This document shows positions 1-12,883 of a stretch of 29,106 nucleotides of DNA, piece by piece. The notes below the pieces were generated by a model. It was not told where the DNA came from, did no database searches, and saw nothing but the letters and a program-made list of their open reading frames with translations. Every line of letters begins with the position of its first letter. Positions within the stretch are counted from its first letter, which is position 1. Location: assembly GCA_052032465.1 (NCBI GenBank), contig JBPEWS010000130.1, forward strand, positions 1 through 29,106, read 5' to 3'. The translations under genes and the position numbers were made by a program. Source of the DNA: Pseudomonadales bacterium. GTDB lineage: Bacteria; Pseudomonadota; Gammaproteobacteria; Pseudomonadales; JAXHSS01.

Positions 1-511
1 GCCTCCAGCTGACAGGTGCAGGTTTTTGCCAAGCGCCCTCCCGATGGTTGATCGCCCATAGCTGAACCATCGCCCACATCAAGAAACCGCCAAACAAGAC
101 GATAGAAGCTAGCTCCAAGTATAAGAAAATATGTGCCAACGCCCAGAGCATAGCGGCCAGTAATTGTGGATGACGAAACTGACGACTCAAACGAGTTGTT
201 ATCAACGAGCTAACCAACAATCCGCTGGCCATAAACAGCATAATGAATGCCGATACCCAACGTATTATTTCCACACCATTCATCATGGCCCAAGCCTTTT
301 GGCCAAGACCAAACTCGCGGCTTATGCCCTGCGAGGCCGATTGCCAACCCATCACCATTAAGGCAATAGATGAAAAAATAACCAACGAGAATAAGCCTCG
401 ATACGGCTGGCGACCTAAAGCGTCAATAAGCCTTGCTCGGATATTCGGACAAAAGCTGGGGAAAAGATGCGCCAATGACCAAAGCAAAATCCCTGTAATG
501 AGTAACAGCAT
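1..511 (-). CDS. NnrU family membrane protein (3' end runs off the window start)
   Basis: Not in the ORF track because no stop lies in the window. Manual translation from ATG at 511 gives MLLLITGILLWSLAHLFPS...RARLIDALGRQPYRGLFSLV...RHPQLLAAMLWALAHIFL...SIVLFGGFLMWA...INHREG. The HLF, Y-x-GLFS and RHPQL...WALAH motifs are typical of NnrU. An in-frame TAA lies 6 codons upstream of the ATG. Confidence 0.85.
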   Translation of the reverse strand, partial: MLLLITGILLWSLAHLFPSFCPNIRARLIDALGRQPYRGLFSLVIFSSIALMVMGWQSASQGISREFGLGQKAWAMMNGVEIIRWVSAFIMLFMASGLLVSSLITTRLSRQFRHPQLLAAMLWALAHIFLYLELASIVLFGGFLMWAMVQLWAINHREGAWQKPAPVSWR

Positions 512-578
512 GGGTTTATCGATTTGTTATGACCAGGTAGAAAAGCAACTCAGGCTAAGCATGATCATTGAGTCATTA

Positions 579-968
579 TTAGCTTTCAGCTTTTTCAGCA
601 AGACGGTAGATGGTGGCATTAACCTGAGCCACAAGCGTCTGCTTCGCATCACGCAACTGCACTTGATAATGGCCAATTTTTCTTGATGCAGAAACCAAGC
701 TAGCTTGCGCAAGTAGTTGGCCGCCTTGGGGTTTGCTGAAATAACGCACTTCGGCTTGCATACCAATTGAGACATTACGCGTATTGCAAGCCGCAGCTAG
801 TGCGACATCAGCGATAGCGAAGATCACAGCGCCATGCGGCGTACCTAGGCCATTAAGGTGATCGTCGGTCAGTTGCATCTCGCAGATCGCGAAGTCATCT
901 CGAGATTCAACAAGTCGGATCCCTAAAAGTCGGGCAAAGGCGTCGTTTTCAATATAAGACTGGCTCAT
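579..968 (-). CDS. PaaI family (hotdog-fold) acyl-CoA thioesterase
   Basis: Motifs D-x-FARLLGI and HLNGLGTPHGAVIFAIADVA; about 130 aa. The ORF track starts at GTG 974; ATG 968 is preferred. Confidence 0.88.
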   Translation of the reverse strand: MSQSYIENDAFARLLGIRLVESRDDFAICEMQLTDDHLNGLGTPHGAVIFAIADVALAAACNTRNVSIGMQAEVRYFSKPQGGQLLAQASLVSASRKIGHYQVQLRDAKQTLVAQVNATIYRLAEKAES

Positions 969-1006
969 GAGCACTTCTACTTGGTTTTACAGCTTGATGG
1001 TAGATA

Positions 1007-2029
1007 TTACAGGTCGCGATTCAATAATGCTTTTGCATCCGACACAATGGTTTGCACGATCTCTTCAACGCTAGGTGCGGTGTTGATCAAGCCCTGAGTT
1101 TGGCCGATAAACTGCATGCCCTCGGTTAGATCGCCCTGCTCCGTGGCGGCCTTGAGCTTAGGTGTTGCCGCGCCAAAATAAGCCAATAGCTTAACTTTTG
1201 CTGGCATCACCACCAAACCCATCAATATCTTCCACACAGGTTGATTGACCAGTTTTGCTGCCTTAGTGGCCTCTAGCGCCGCCAGTGGGAAAGGCATGGG
1301 TTTTTTGGTGCGCTTAACCGCGTTCGGCGTTTTCATGTATCGCGCTGGAATGCCGTCGAAGTTCTTTGAGTAAATGGTTTCATGCTGAGATTTGCTGATC
1401 GCTGCCTGCTTGATGTTTTCATGCAAGGGGCTGTCTTTGGACACCGCAAAACGCGAGCCCATTGCGACACCCTCAGCGCCCAAACATAGCGCGGCGGCTA
1501 ATCCACGTCCATCGCCAAAGCCCCCTGCAGCAATTACGGGGATATCTACCGCATCTGCAATACTGGGCACCAACACCAATGAAGTTACTTCACCACCGTG
1601 AGCCGCAGCTTCATGACCTGTAACGATCAGGCCATCGACGCCAACCGCCTGAGCAGAAAGCGCGTGTTTTTGAGTTGTCACAGTTGCCAGCACTTTGCCT
1701 CCATAGGCATGCACTTGCTCCGTGAGTTTTTCGCCTTTTCCCAGAGAGAAATTAACCACAGGCACCTGCTCTTCAACCGCCACTTGCGCATTTTCCTTGG
1801 CACCAGGCATCAGCAAGGTACAGCCGATCCCAAAAGGCTTGTCAGTCAGTTGGCGAATCTCACGAATAGCAGCGCGAGTTTCTTCAGGACTTAATGGCCC
1901 TGAGGCCAGAATGCCTAAGCCGCCCGCATTGGAGACTGCCGCGACTAATTTTGGGGTTGAAATCCAGCTCATGCCAGAAAGAATCAGTGGATATTCAATG
2001 CCAAGAAGCTCTGTAATTTGGGTTTTCAT
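1007..2029 (-). CDS. FMN-dependent oxidoreductase, nitronate monooxygenase / FabK-like enoyl reductase family
   Basis: N-terminal T-x-ITELLGIEYPLILSGM, AVSNAGGLG, GHEAAAHGG (catalytic His) and IPVIAAGGFGDGRGLAAALCLGAEGVAMGSRF. Confidence 0.88.
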   Translation of the reverse strand: MKTQITELLGIEYPLILSGMSWISTPKLVAAVSNAGGLGILASGPLSPEETRAAIREIRQLTDKPFGIGCTLLMPGAKENAQVAVEEQVPVVNFSLGKGEKLTEQVHAYGGKVLATVTTQKHALSAQAVGVDGLIVTGHEAAAHGGEVTSLVLVPSIADAVDIPVIAAGGFGDGRGLAAALCLGAEGVAMGSRFAVSKDSPLHENIKQAAISKSQHETIYSKNFDGIPARYMKTPNAVKRTKKPMPFPLAALEATKAAKLVNQPVWKILMGLVVMPAKVKLLAYFGAATPKLKAATEQGDLTEGMQFIGQTQGLINTAPSVEEIVQTIVSDAKALLNRDL

Positions 2030-2038
2030 TGTTATTCT

Positions 2039-3211
2039 TTACTCTTTATTAGGTTGTCGTTTCATCCACAAAGCGCCGAAAATCGCGATGATCAATGCCG
2101 CGAAGGCTTGGGCTGAGGCGATAAGATAACTCGCCATTGAGCCTTGTTGCTCCATCAATACCCCAGCCAAGAAAATACCTAGACCCGTGCCCAGGCCATA
2201 GCAAAACGCGGTATTAAAACTCTGCGCTCGAGCCTGCTGACGCTTGGCAAATTGCCCGTGGATAAAAATCATCATTAAACTATGGAATCCGCCAAACGTA
2301 AAGGCATGGAACAATTGAGCAAACCAGACCATCGGCCAACTCTCTATGCAATAGGCCATGATCAACCAGCGCACTACGGCAAACGCTAAACAACTCAGCC
2401 AAATGGTGGTGTCGCTTAGATAACATCGCAGGTGCTTAAACGTCATGAACACGATAATTTCAACCACCACGCCAATGGCCCACAGTGCACCAATATGCGT
2501 GCTGCTATAGCCCGCCTCTTCGAGGCTTAGCGTAAAAAATCCATAAAACTGCCCATGGGACATATGCATCAAAAAAGCGGTCAAGAAAAAGACCACCACT
2601 GCAGGCCGGCCCAGCGAGCGTAAAAAGTTTTCCGCCGTAGCCCCGAGCTTAGCCGCAGGCATCCCAGCTTGTAAGTCAGGCATTCGATAAGTAGAAATAA
2701 ACAACAAAGCTAAAGAGCCGAGCAACAAGCCGTAGATCAAAGATTCTGGAAGAATGTCAAGCAGCGCGCCCGTAGCAAAAACCGCGATAATAAAGCTGAT
2801 GGAGCCCCATAAACGAATGAGGTTATATCGGTGATTGTCTCCATCTAAATAGTTTAATGTTGTGGTTTCATACAATGGCAACAAGCCATGAAGGAAAAAA
2901 CCAAACAGCGCCGTGCTAGCCAGCAGAGCAACATAATGATCAATGCTGATAAAAATCAGCGCCATACTTAATAATGAGGCAAAGGCTTTGATCAGCAGCA
3001 GTGTTTTATGGTTTTGGTGCGTGTCAGCCAAATGCCCCCAAAAGCCAGGAGCAATGACGCGCAACAAGACAAAGACAGCGCCTATAACGCCAATATGGTA
3101 ATCACTGTAGCCATGCTGAGCCAAAATTTTTGGCCAATAGGCAACATGTATTCCCGCGAAAAGGAAGAAGAAGAAATAATTCGCTGCAAAGCGCGAATGC
3201 GCCGACGGCAT
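2039..3211 (-). CDS. MFS transporter (HcaT/PPP, MFS_1-like family)
   Basis: About 12 hydrophobic segments, the YNLIRLWGSISF motif and LFHAFTFGGFH. Its start overlaps the aroC stop (TAATG). Confidence 0.85.
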   Translation of the reverse strand: MPSAHSRFAANYFFFFLFAGIHVAYWPKILAQHGYSDYHIGVIGAVFVLLRVIAPGFWGHLADTHQNHKTLLLIKAFASLLSMALIFISIDHYVALLASTALFGFFLHGLLPLYETTTLNYLDGDNHRYNLIRLWGSISFIIAVFATGALLDILPESLIYGLLLGSLALLFISTYRMPDLQAGMPAAKLGATAENFLRSLGRPAVVVFFLTAFLMHMSHGQFYGFFTLSLEEAGYSSTHIGALWAIGVVVEIIVFMTFKHLRCYLSDTTIWLSCLAFAVVRWLIMAYCIESWPMVWFAQLFHAFTFGGFHSLMMIFIHGQFAKRQQARAQSFNTAFCYGLGTGLGIFLAGVLMEQQGSMASYLIASAQAFAALIIAIFGALWMKRQPNKE

Positions 3212-4296
3212 TAGAAAGTCGGCGCTGGTGGTGTCACGTTATAGTTTTGACCTTGATGGCGTAACAAATGATCCATTAACACGATCGCTAACATCGACTC
3301 GGCAATCGGAACCGCACGAATACCAACGCAAGGATCATGACGACCTTTTGTCACCACTTCTGTTGGCTCACCATCAATCGTAATGGTTTTGCCCGGAATT
3401 TGGATGCTCGATGTCGGTTTTAGCGCAATTTCTGCAATGATGTCCTGACCTGTTGAAATGCCACCCAAAACGCCACCTGCATGGTTTGAAGTGAAACCTT
3501 CTGGGGTCATCTCATCGCGGTGGTCTACACCCGTTTGCTCAACCACATCAAAACCATCACCAATACCAACGGCTCGCACCGCGTTAATTGACATCAATGC
3601 CTTGGCAATATCCGCATCTAATCGGTCAAATACTGGCTCACCCAGACCAACAGGAACGCCCGTGGCAACGACCTTCACCTTAGCGCCGATTGAGCTTAAG
3701 TCCTTGCGCGTTTTGGTCATTAAGGCATCTAGGGCATCAATTTTGCTTGCATCAGGAAAGAAAAAGTCATTTTCTCGCACTTGTGACCAGTCATATTGCT
3801 CGGCTTTGACCGCGCCGATTTGATTACAACACGCTTTAATCTCAACACCGAAGGCTTGTTTTAAGTACGCTTTAGCGATACCACCAGCGGCCACACGCAT
3901 TGCCGTTTCACGGGCAGAAGATCGACCTCCACCACGGTAATCACGAAAACCATATTTTTGCGTATAGGTATAATCGGCATGTCCCGGACGGAACAAATCT
4001 TTGATATTGCTGTAATCCTTTGATTTTTGATCGGTATTCTCAATCAATAAACCAATGGGAGTGCCCGTTGTTTTGCCTTCAAACACACCTGAAAGAATCT
4101 TCACTTGGTCAGGCTCTTTACGCTGAGTGGTGTGCTTAGATTGACCAGGCTTGCGGCGATCCAGATCCGTTTGCAATAACGCTTCGTTAATTTCTAAACC
4201 TGGAGGACAACCATCAACGATAGCACCTAATGCAAGACCGTGGCTTTCGCCAAAGGTGGTCACTCGAAACGCCTGACCTAAAGTATTACCTGACAT
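3211..4296 (-). CDS. aroC: chorismate synthase
   Basis: Signatures [33 protein letters not shown] and [11 protein letters not shown]. Confidence 0.98.
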   Translation of the reverse strand: MSGNTLGQAFRVTTFGESHGLALGAIVDGCPPGLEINEALLQTDLDRRKPGQSKHTTQRKEPDQVKILSGVFEGKTTGTPIGLLIENTDQKSKDYSNIKDLFRPGHADYTYTQKYGFRDYRGGGRSSARETAMRVAAGGIAKAYLKQAFGVEIKACCNQIGAVKAEQYDWSQVRENDFFFPDASKIDALDALMTKTRKDLSSIGAKVKVVATGVPVGLGEPVFDRLDADIAKALMSINAVRAVGIGDGFDVVEQTGVDHRDEMTPEGFTSNHAGGVLGGISTGQDIIAEIALKPTSSIQIPGKTITIDGEPTEVVTKGRHDPCVGIRAVPIAESMLAIVLMDHLLRHQGQNYNVTPPAPTF

Positions 4297-4308
4297 TGCT
4301 ATTACAAC

Positions 4309-5217
4309 CTATTGAAAATATTTGATTAATTCTGCTTTGCTAAACACGCAAACCCCATGTCCACCCTGCTCAAACTCAACCCAAACAAAAGGAATATTCG
4401 GGAAAGCTTGCTCCAGTGCATCATCAGAATTACCGACTTCTAATACCAACAACCCGCCATCATTTAAGTAATTCGCGCTTTGTTGCAGAATCTTTTTGGC
4501 CAACGCCAAGCCATTATCTGGCGCTTCAAGGGCATCAACTGGCTCATGCTGATACTCCACGGGCAAAGTCGCCATTTCCTCAGCGCCCACATACGGTGGG
4601 TTGGAAATAATGACATCAAAGCGCCCTTCAATTTGCTCAAAAACATCACTTTGAACAAACTCTACATTAGGAACGCCAAGCTCCTGCTTATTTTGGTTGG
4701 CGATTTCTAGCGCCTCTGGGGAAATATCACTACCCACCACTTCGGCGTCAAAATGATGAGCCGCCATTAAAATGGCTAAGCAACCAGAACCTGTACATAA
4801 ATCCAAGAAACGATGATGACCTGCATTAGCCGGTAGCTCTATCCATGGATAAAAATCTTGCTCAATCAGCTGAAAAATGGGCGAGCGTGGAATCAACGTT
4901 GCTTCAGAAACCTGAAACTCAAGCCCTGCATAAAGCGCTTTACCGCTGATATACGCTAAAGGTAGGCGTGAGGCTACGCGCTTTTTTAACCACTTAGCGA
5001 GCTTCTTGCGCTCAGCTTTGGTAAGGCGTGTTTCCCAAACACGAGGATTGGTATCCCAAGGTAGGTGCAGTGCTTGATAGACTAAGCTTACCGCTTCATC
5101 CCAGCGATTATCCGTACCGTGGCCACAGACAATCTTAGCTTCATTCATGCAAGAAAAACTGTAGCGAACCCAGTCGCCAATCGTTTTTAAGCCGCTTAAA
5201 TCCTCAGACTTAGCCAT
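4309..5217 (-). CDS. prmB: 50S ribosomal protein L3 N5-glutamine methyltransferase
   Basis: GHGTDN-x-WDEA, PLAYISG, LIPRSPI, LDLCTGSGCLAI and SNPPYV; sits directly upstream of aroC as in many gammaproteobacteria. Confidence 0.96.
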   Translation of the reverse strand: MAKSEDLSGLKTIGDWVRYSFSCMNEAKIVCGHGTDNRWDEAVSLVYQALHLPWDTNPRVWETRLTKAERKKLAKWLKKRVASRLPLAYISGKALYAGLEFQVSEATLIPRSPIFQLIEQDFYPWIELPANAGHHRFLDLCTGSGCLAILMAAHHFDAEVVGSDISPEALEIANQNKQELGVPNVEFVQSDVFEQIEGRFDVIISNPPYVGAEEMATLPVEYQHEPVDALEAPDNGLALAKKILQQSANYLNDGGLLVLEVGNSDDALEQAFPNIPFVWVEFEQGGHGVCVFSKAELIKYFQ

Positions 5218-5731
5218 TAACCGCTTCCACTTGAGAAAGGTAAACCAGGATGGCTTTGCGGTCTTTTTCTAGCGCTTTGATGAAGTACTTAGCCATCATA
5301 TCTTCAACCTTACCGCCGACGAAGGGAATTGAGCTTTCAACTTCAACCGAAACCAAGTTCTGACAACCTTCATCAGTATTGGTTAGCACCATTTTGCCAT
5401 TAATCTCAACCGGCAGTTTATCGATTTCAATTTCATAGCTTGCGGTATACGGCTCATCTTCAGAGAGCTTCCAGCGCGTGGTGATCAGTGACTCAAGCTG
5501 CTCGCCCAAGAATGAACGAGCGATTTTAGGCAATTTATCACTAGGGATATCAACATCCGACTGCAGCTTAACCACAAATTGGTTATTTTGTGGCTCGCAT
5601 TGCTTTAATTTGTAATTATCAATATTGAGCAGTTCACAGCGTGTTTCATAAAACTTCGGCTCTTGAAATACACTAAACAGCTTCTCTGCAGAAACACCCG
5701 GATAATACTGGATATCAGATTCTTGTTTCAT
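5210..5731 (-). CDS. DUF2505 family protein (SRPBCC/START-like fold)
   Basis: About 170 aa with the LPKIARSFLG segment and C-terminal V-x-SSIPFVGGKVE motif. Overlaps the prmB start by 8 nt. Confidence 0.72.
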   Translation of the reverse strand: MKQESDIQYYPGVSAEKLFSVFQEPKFYETRCELLNIDNYKLKQCEPQNNQFVVKLQSDVDIPSDKLPKIARSFLGEQLESLITTRWKLSEDEPYTASYEIEIDKLPVEINGKMVLTNTDEGCQNLVSVEVESSIPFVGGKVEDMMAKYFIKALEKDRKAILVYLSQVEAVNG

Positions 5732-5746
5732 TCATTATCTCTTGAT

Positions 5747-6148
5747 CTAAGTCTTTGGCTCTTCAGGATTCTGCGCCTGCCACACACGAAAATCATCAAG
5801 ATGTGTTCGCAAACGAGCGATGCCCCAGCCCAAAACGGCTAGATCATCCACAAAACCAAGACCCACTAAAAAGTCAGGTATTATATCGAATGGCATGATG
5901 AAATACAGCACGACAGCGATCAAGGTAACATACATTTTCGTATCCAGCTTAAATCGACCGCTGGACACCGCCTTAATCATCTCGATCATGGTGTTGATCT
6001 CATCCCAGAGTTCATGAATGCGCCCTTTTTCTTTATCGGCCTTGGCTTGTGCCTTGTCAGCCAAGCGCTTGACCTCGTCTTGACGCCCATCTTGAGCTAG
6101 GCGCTGCGCCTCAGCCTTTGCTTTACGAAAGCTTCCTGAATTTTCCAT
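5747..6148 (-). CDS. YkvA / DUF1232 family membrane protein
   Basis: LYFIMPFDIIPDFLVGLGFVDD motif. Start placed at ATG 6148 because GAGGTG (SD) precedes it; the track start at 6187 is a TTG overlapping the ligA stop. Confidence 0.9.
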   Translation of the reverse strand: MENSGSFRKAKAEAQRLAQDGRQDEVKRLADKAQAKADKEKGRIHELWDEINTMIEMIKAVSSGRFKLDTKMYVTLIAVVLYFIMPFDIIPDFLVGLGFVDDLAVLGWGIARLRTHLDDFRVWQAQNPEEPKT

Positions 6149-6183
6149 AAATACACCTCTCTTGTGGTTTGACGCCAAGTGAA

Positions 6184-9296
<3,113 letters not shown>

Positions 9297-9310
9297 AAAA
9301 CGTTGGGATC

Positions 9311-12300
9311 CTATACAGCTTGGGTCATATCGATGGCTTTTTCGAGATCCACCGAGACAATCGCAGAAACGCCCGGCTCTTTCATGGTCACTCCCATTAA
9401 AGCATTGGCCATTTGCATGGTTATTTTATTATGCGTAATAAAAATAAACTGCACTTTTTTGGACATTTCTTTCACTAAATTATTATACCGCTCTACATTA
9501 ACATCATCTAATGGTGCGTCAACCTCATCCAGTAGACAAAACGGTGCGGGGTTCAGTTCAAAAATAGCAAAAACCAAAGCAAGCGCCGTTAGCGCTTTTT
9601 CACCACCTGAAAGCAGATGAATGGTGCTATTTTGCTTGCCCGGTGGGCGAGCCATAATGGCGATTCCGGTGCTCAACAAATCTTGATCAATCAGCTCAAG
9701 ATAGGCTTTCCCTCCACCAAACACCTTGGGAAACAACGTTTTGAAACCTTCGTTAACAAAATCAAAGGTCTGCTTGAACCGCTGTTTGGTCTCGCGATCG
9801 ATTTTTTGAATGGCCGATTCTAAGATCTGCGATGCCTGAATCAGATCATCGTATTGCTGAGTAATAAAGTTTAACCGCTCGCGTTGCTCTTCTAGCTCTT
9901 CGATGGCAGCAAGGTTCACGGCGCCAATTTTACCAATTTGCCCTGATAAACTTTCCAAACTGGTTTTCAACACCTGAGCAGACTGTTGCTCATCAAGGGC
10001 ATCCACCCAAGACTGCACCTCCACTAAACTGGACGGTAAGCCCATGATTTTCTCAACAGTGGCATTGACTTGCTGCTTGATGCCTTCTTGGTCAATCCTA
10101 GCCGTTTCAAGTTGCTGTTTGATCTGGTCAATCGCCTGCATCTGCGCTTGAGCCTGCTGAAGCAGCTCACGATTTTCATTTTCACGCGCTTGCAGGCGCT
10201 CACGAGCATCAGCTAGATCATCTTTGGCTTGTTCATGTGCTTCGATCGCGACTTCCAATAAGGCTTGCTGGGCGTCATCATCACTCATCAAGCTAAGTGC
10301 TTGTTCTAGTTCTTGGCGCTTATCCTCGCTACCTGCCATCACCTGCTCAGCTCGTGTAATGGCCGACTGCAAAGACTGCACCTGCAATTGCAATCGTTCA
10401 GTCTGAAAACCCAGTTGAGATTTTTGCTCCTTAACGGCCTGAAGCTGTAATTGCGCTTCGCTGAGCGCCTCTTGATACTCTCGCTTGGTCTGCGCGCTAA
10501 CGCCAACCTGACTTTCCTGAAGTGCCAGACGCTCCTTATTCAGCTCTAGCTCCTCCATCACAGTCGTTAACGCATCCTCTGATTGAGCGCGCTTGGTTTC
10601 AAGCTCACCAAGCTCAGTAGCCAGTTGCTCACGTTGTCTTTGCTGCTGCTCTTGCTGGCTGTGCAGCACTGCAAGCTTTCGCTGCGTCTCATGGTAATGT
10701 TGCTCGACTTGCTTAAGCTCAGATTGAGCTCCCCGCCTAGACTCGTTTATGGCGCTAAGCGCTTGTTTTCCTTGATCGATTTCGGCTTGCAGCTTTTCAA
10801 CACTCTCATTAAGAACGGCGATTCGCTGCTCCAGTTCGCGAATGTTTTGCGCTCGTTCAATAACGCCCGTGGCGGGGTCTTTATCACTGAACTGCATCAG
10901 CCAGTCTTGCCCAACCCAAGCCCCACTTGGTGTAATCCATGACTGGCCCGGTTGTAGCTGCGCTCTTTGCGCAATCGCGGTATCCAAGTCCTCACAACAA
11001 CGAATAGGCGCAAGCCATGAAAGCGAAGCTGGACACATCATCACCTGATGAATTAGGCTGTCTTTAAGCTTGCTGCTAATTTTTTGATCGCTACTAGCGC
11101 CAGAGGCAGCCGCTTGATCCATTGCTTTTTGTGTTTCAATTAGGGCAATAAACTCGCGCTTGGGCAAATCATCCGAAAGTAGGCTCAAATCTTTAACAAG
11201 GTGGCTTTTTAACCATAAACCCAGCACGGACTCCACAGCAAATCGCCAATCATTTTCGACTTCCAGTTGCTCAATAAGCTCACCGTCCAGCTGCTCATTT
11301 TGAGAGTCCTGCCATTGCTTAAGTGTCGGGCTATCTTCTCGAGCCGCCTTTTGAAGCGCCACCAAAGAGGCCAGCTCACCTTCGGCTTTTCTGAGCTCAC
11401 TTTGCTGTTCATTTTGTTGTTTGCGGTTATTATCCAGCTGCTCTTGGCGTAAAATGAGTGCCTGTTGCTCCTCATCTAATGCCGCATTTAAGCAAGTAAT
11501 CTGCTCCTCAAGTTGCGCTAGTTCGAGATCAAAAGTCGAGCTATCTTCGAAAGTATCCGTTTTGAGCTCGTCCTCTCTTTGTTTAAGCTGCGCTTCTCGT
11601 TGAGTTAAGTTGCTCAGTGTTTGCTGCTCAAATTGCTGCTTTTGGCTTAGCTGATCAACCTGCCTTTGCGCATCACTTAATTGCTGTTGCGAAGTTTGCC
11701 ATTGATCATCAACAGCGAGCAATTGCTCTTGACGCTCCTGCACATGCTCTGCCAGTTGCTCTAAACGCTCATCCTGAATGTCAATTTCAGGCGCTAAATG
11801 CGCTTGCTGTTCGACCAGCTGTTCGAGTTGCTGCTGATCTTCCATATACTGACTCTTAGCCGCCGAGGCAGAGCTTAAAAGCTCATCTAGGTCGCGTTTT
11901 AATGTCAGCTTTCGTTCTGTGTCAAAACGAATCCGCTCTTGTAACTGGCTAACATCTGCACCCTTTTGATAAAACGCCGCCTGAGCCTGCTCCACGCGAT
12001 CCGCTAAGCTTTGATAGACTTGCTGTTGGACGTCTAATTGTGATTTCAAAGCCGCGTCACTGGCTTGTTGGTCGGCGAGTTGTTGCTCTAACTGCTCGAT
12101 TAATTCTGCGCTTGAGCTCAAAGAAAGTAGTTGCTGCTGGTAAGTTAAGCCTAATATTTCGCCTTTAACACGGCGCTCATCTTGTTTGAGTCGTTGATAG
12201 CGTTTTGCAGCCTCCGCTTGTCGTTCTAGCTTGGCGACTTGACGCGTTAGCTCATCCTTTAAGTCATTAACTCGGTCCAAGTTTTCACGTGTACGACGGA

Positions 12301-12850
12301 TACGGTTTTCTGTTTCACGGCGTCGGTCTTTATAGCGCGAAATCCCAGCGGCTTCTTCGATAAAGGTGCGAAGCTCTTCAGGTTTGGATTCGATCAGACG
12401 CGAAATCGTCCCTTGCTCAATGATCGCGTAGCTTCTTGGGCTAATGCCTGTGCCCAAAAAGATATCGGTGATATCACGTTTACGACAGGCTGTGCCGTTT
12501 AGAAAGTAACTAGATTTACTGTCTCGGTCTAACTCACGACGGACTGAGATTTCTTGATAACCAGCGGCACTTCCGCGAGCTTTGCCTTCGTGATTATCAA
12601 ATACCAGCTCAACCGCTGCGCGATTCACAGGCTTACGAACTTGAGAGCCATTAAAGATTACATCGGTCATGGACTCGCCGCGCAAATGCTTGGCTCCGCT
12701 TTCGCCCATAACCCAGCGAATGGCATCGATGATATTGGATTTCCCGCAACCGTTGGGACCAACGATTGCGGTTAGATTTTCTTTGAAGCCGAGTTTAGTA
12801 GGATCAACAAATGATTTAAACCCAGCAAGTTTTACGTGTTTGAGCCGCAT
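9311..12850 (-). CDS. smc: chromosome segregation protein SMC
   Basis: Walker A GPNGCGKSN, long coiled coils with a central hinge, LSGGE signature and Walker B LLDEVD; 1179 aa. Confidence 0.98.
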   Translation of the reverse strand: MRLKHVKLAGFKSFVDPTKLGFKENLTAIVGPNGCGKSNIIDAIRWVMGESGAKHLRGESMTDVIFNGSQVRKPVNRAAVELVFDNHEGKARGSAAGYQEISVRRELDRDSKSSYFLNGTACRKRDITDIFLGTGISPRSYAIIEQGTISRLIESKPEELRTFIEEAAGISRYKDRRRETENRIRRTRENLDRVNDLKDELTRQVAKLERQAEAAKRYQRLKQDERRVKGEILGLTYQQQLLSLSSSAELIEQLEQQLADQQASDAALKSQLDVQQQVYQSLADRVEQAQAAFYQKGADVSQLQERIRFDTERKLTLKRDLDELLSSASAAKSQYMEDQQQLEQLVEQQAHLAPEIDIQDERLEQLAEHVQERQEQLLAVDDQWQTSQQQLSDAQRQVDQLSQKQQFEQQTLSNLTQREAQLKQREDELKTDTFEDSSTFDLELAQLEEQITCLNAALDEEQQALILRQEQLDNNRKQQNEQQSELRKAEGELASLVALQKAAREDSPTLKQWQDSQNEQLDGELIEQLEVENDWRFAVESVLGLWLKSHLVKDLSLLSDDLPKREFIALIETQKAMDQAAASGASSDQKISSKLKDSLIHQVMMCPASLSWLAPIRCCEDLDTAIAQRAQLQPGQSWITPSGAWVGQDWLMQFSDKDPATGVIERAQNIRELEQRIAVLNESVEKLQAEIDQGKQALSAINESRRGAQSELKQVEQHYHETQRKLAVLHSQQEQQQRQREQLATELGELETKRAQSEDALTTVMEELELNKERLALQESQVGVSAQTKREYQEALSEAQLQLQAVKEQKSQLGFQTERLQLQVQSLQSAITRAEQVMAGSEDKRQELEQALSLMSDDDAQQALLEVAIEAHEQAKDDLADARERLQARENENRELLQQAQAQMQAIDQIKQQLETARIDQEGIKQQVNATVEKIMGLPSSLVEVQSWVDALDEQQSAQVLKTSLESLSGQIGKIGAVNLAAIEELEEQRERLNFITQQYDDLIQASQILESAIQKIDRETKQRFKQTFDFVNEGFKTLFPKVFGGGKAYLELIDQDLLSTGIAIMARPPGKQNSTIHLLSGGEKALTALALVFAIFELNPAPFCLLDEVDAPLDDVNVERYNNLVKEMSKKVQFIFITHNKITMQMANALMGVTMKEPGVSAIVSVDLEKAIDMTQAV

Positions 12851-12883
12851 AGGAATCCAAAACCCTTTGCGCTCAAAAGAGGA

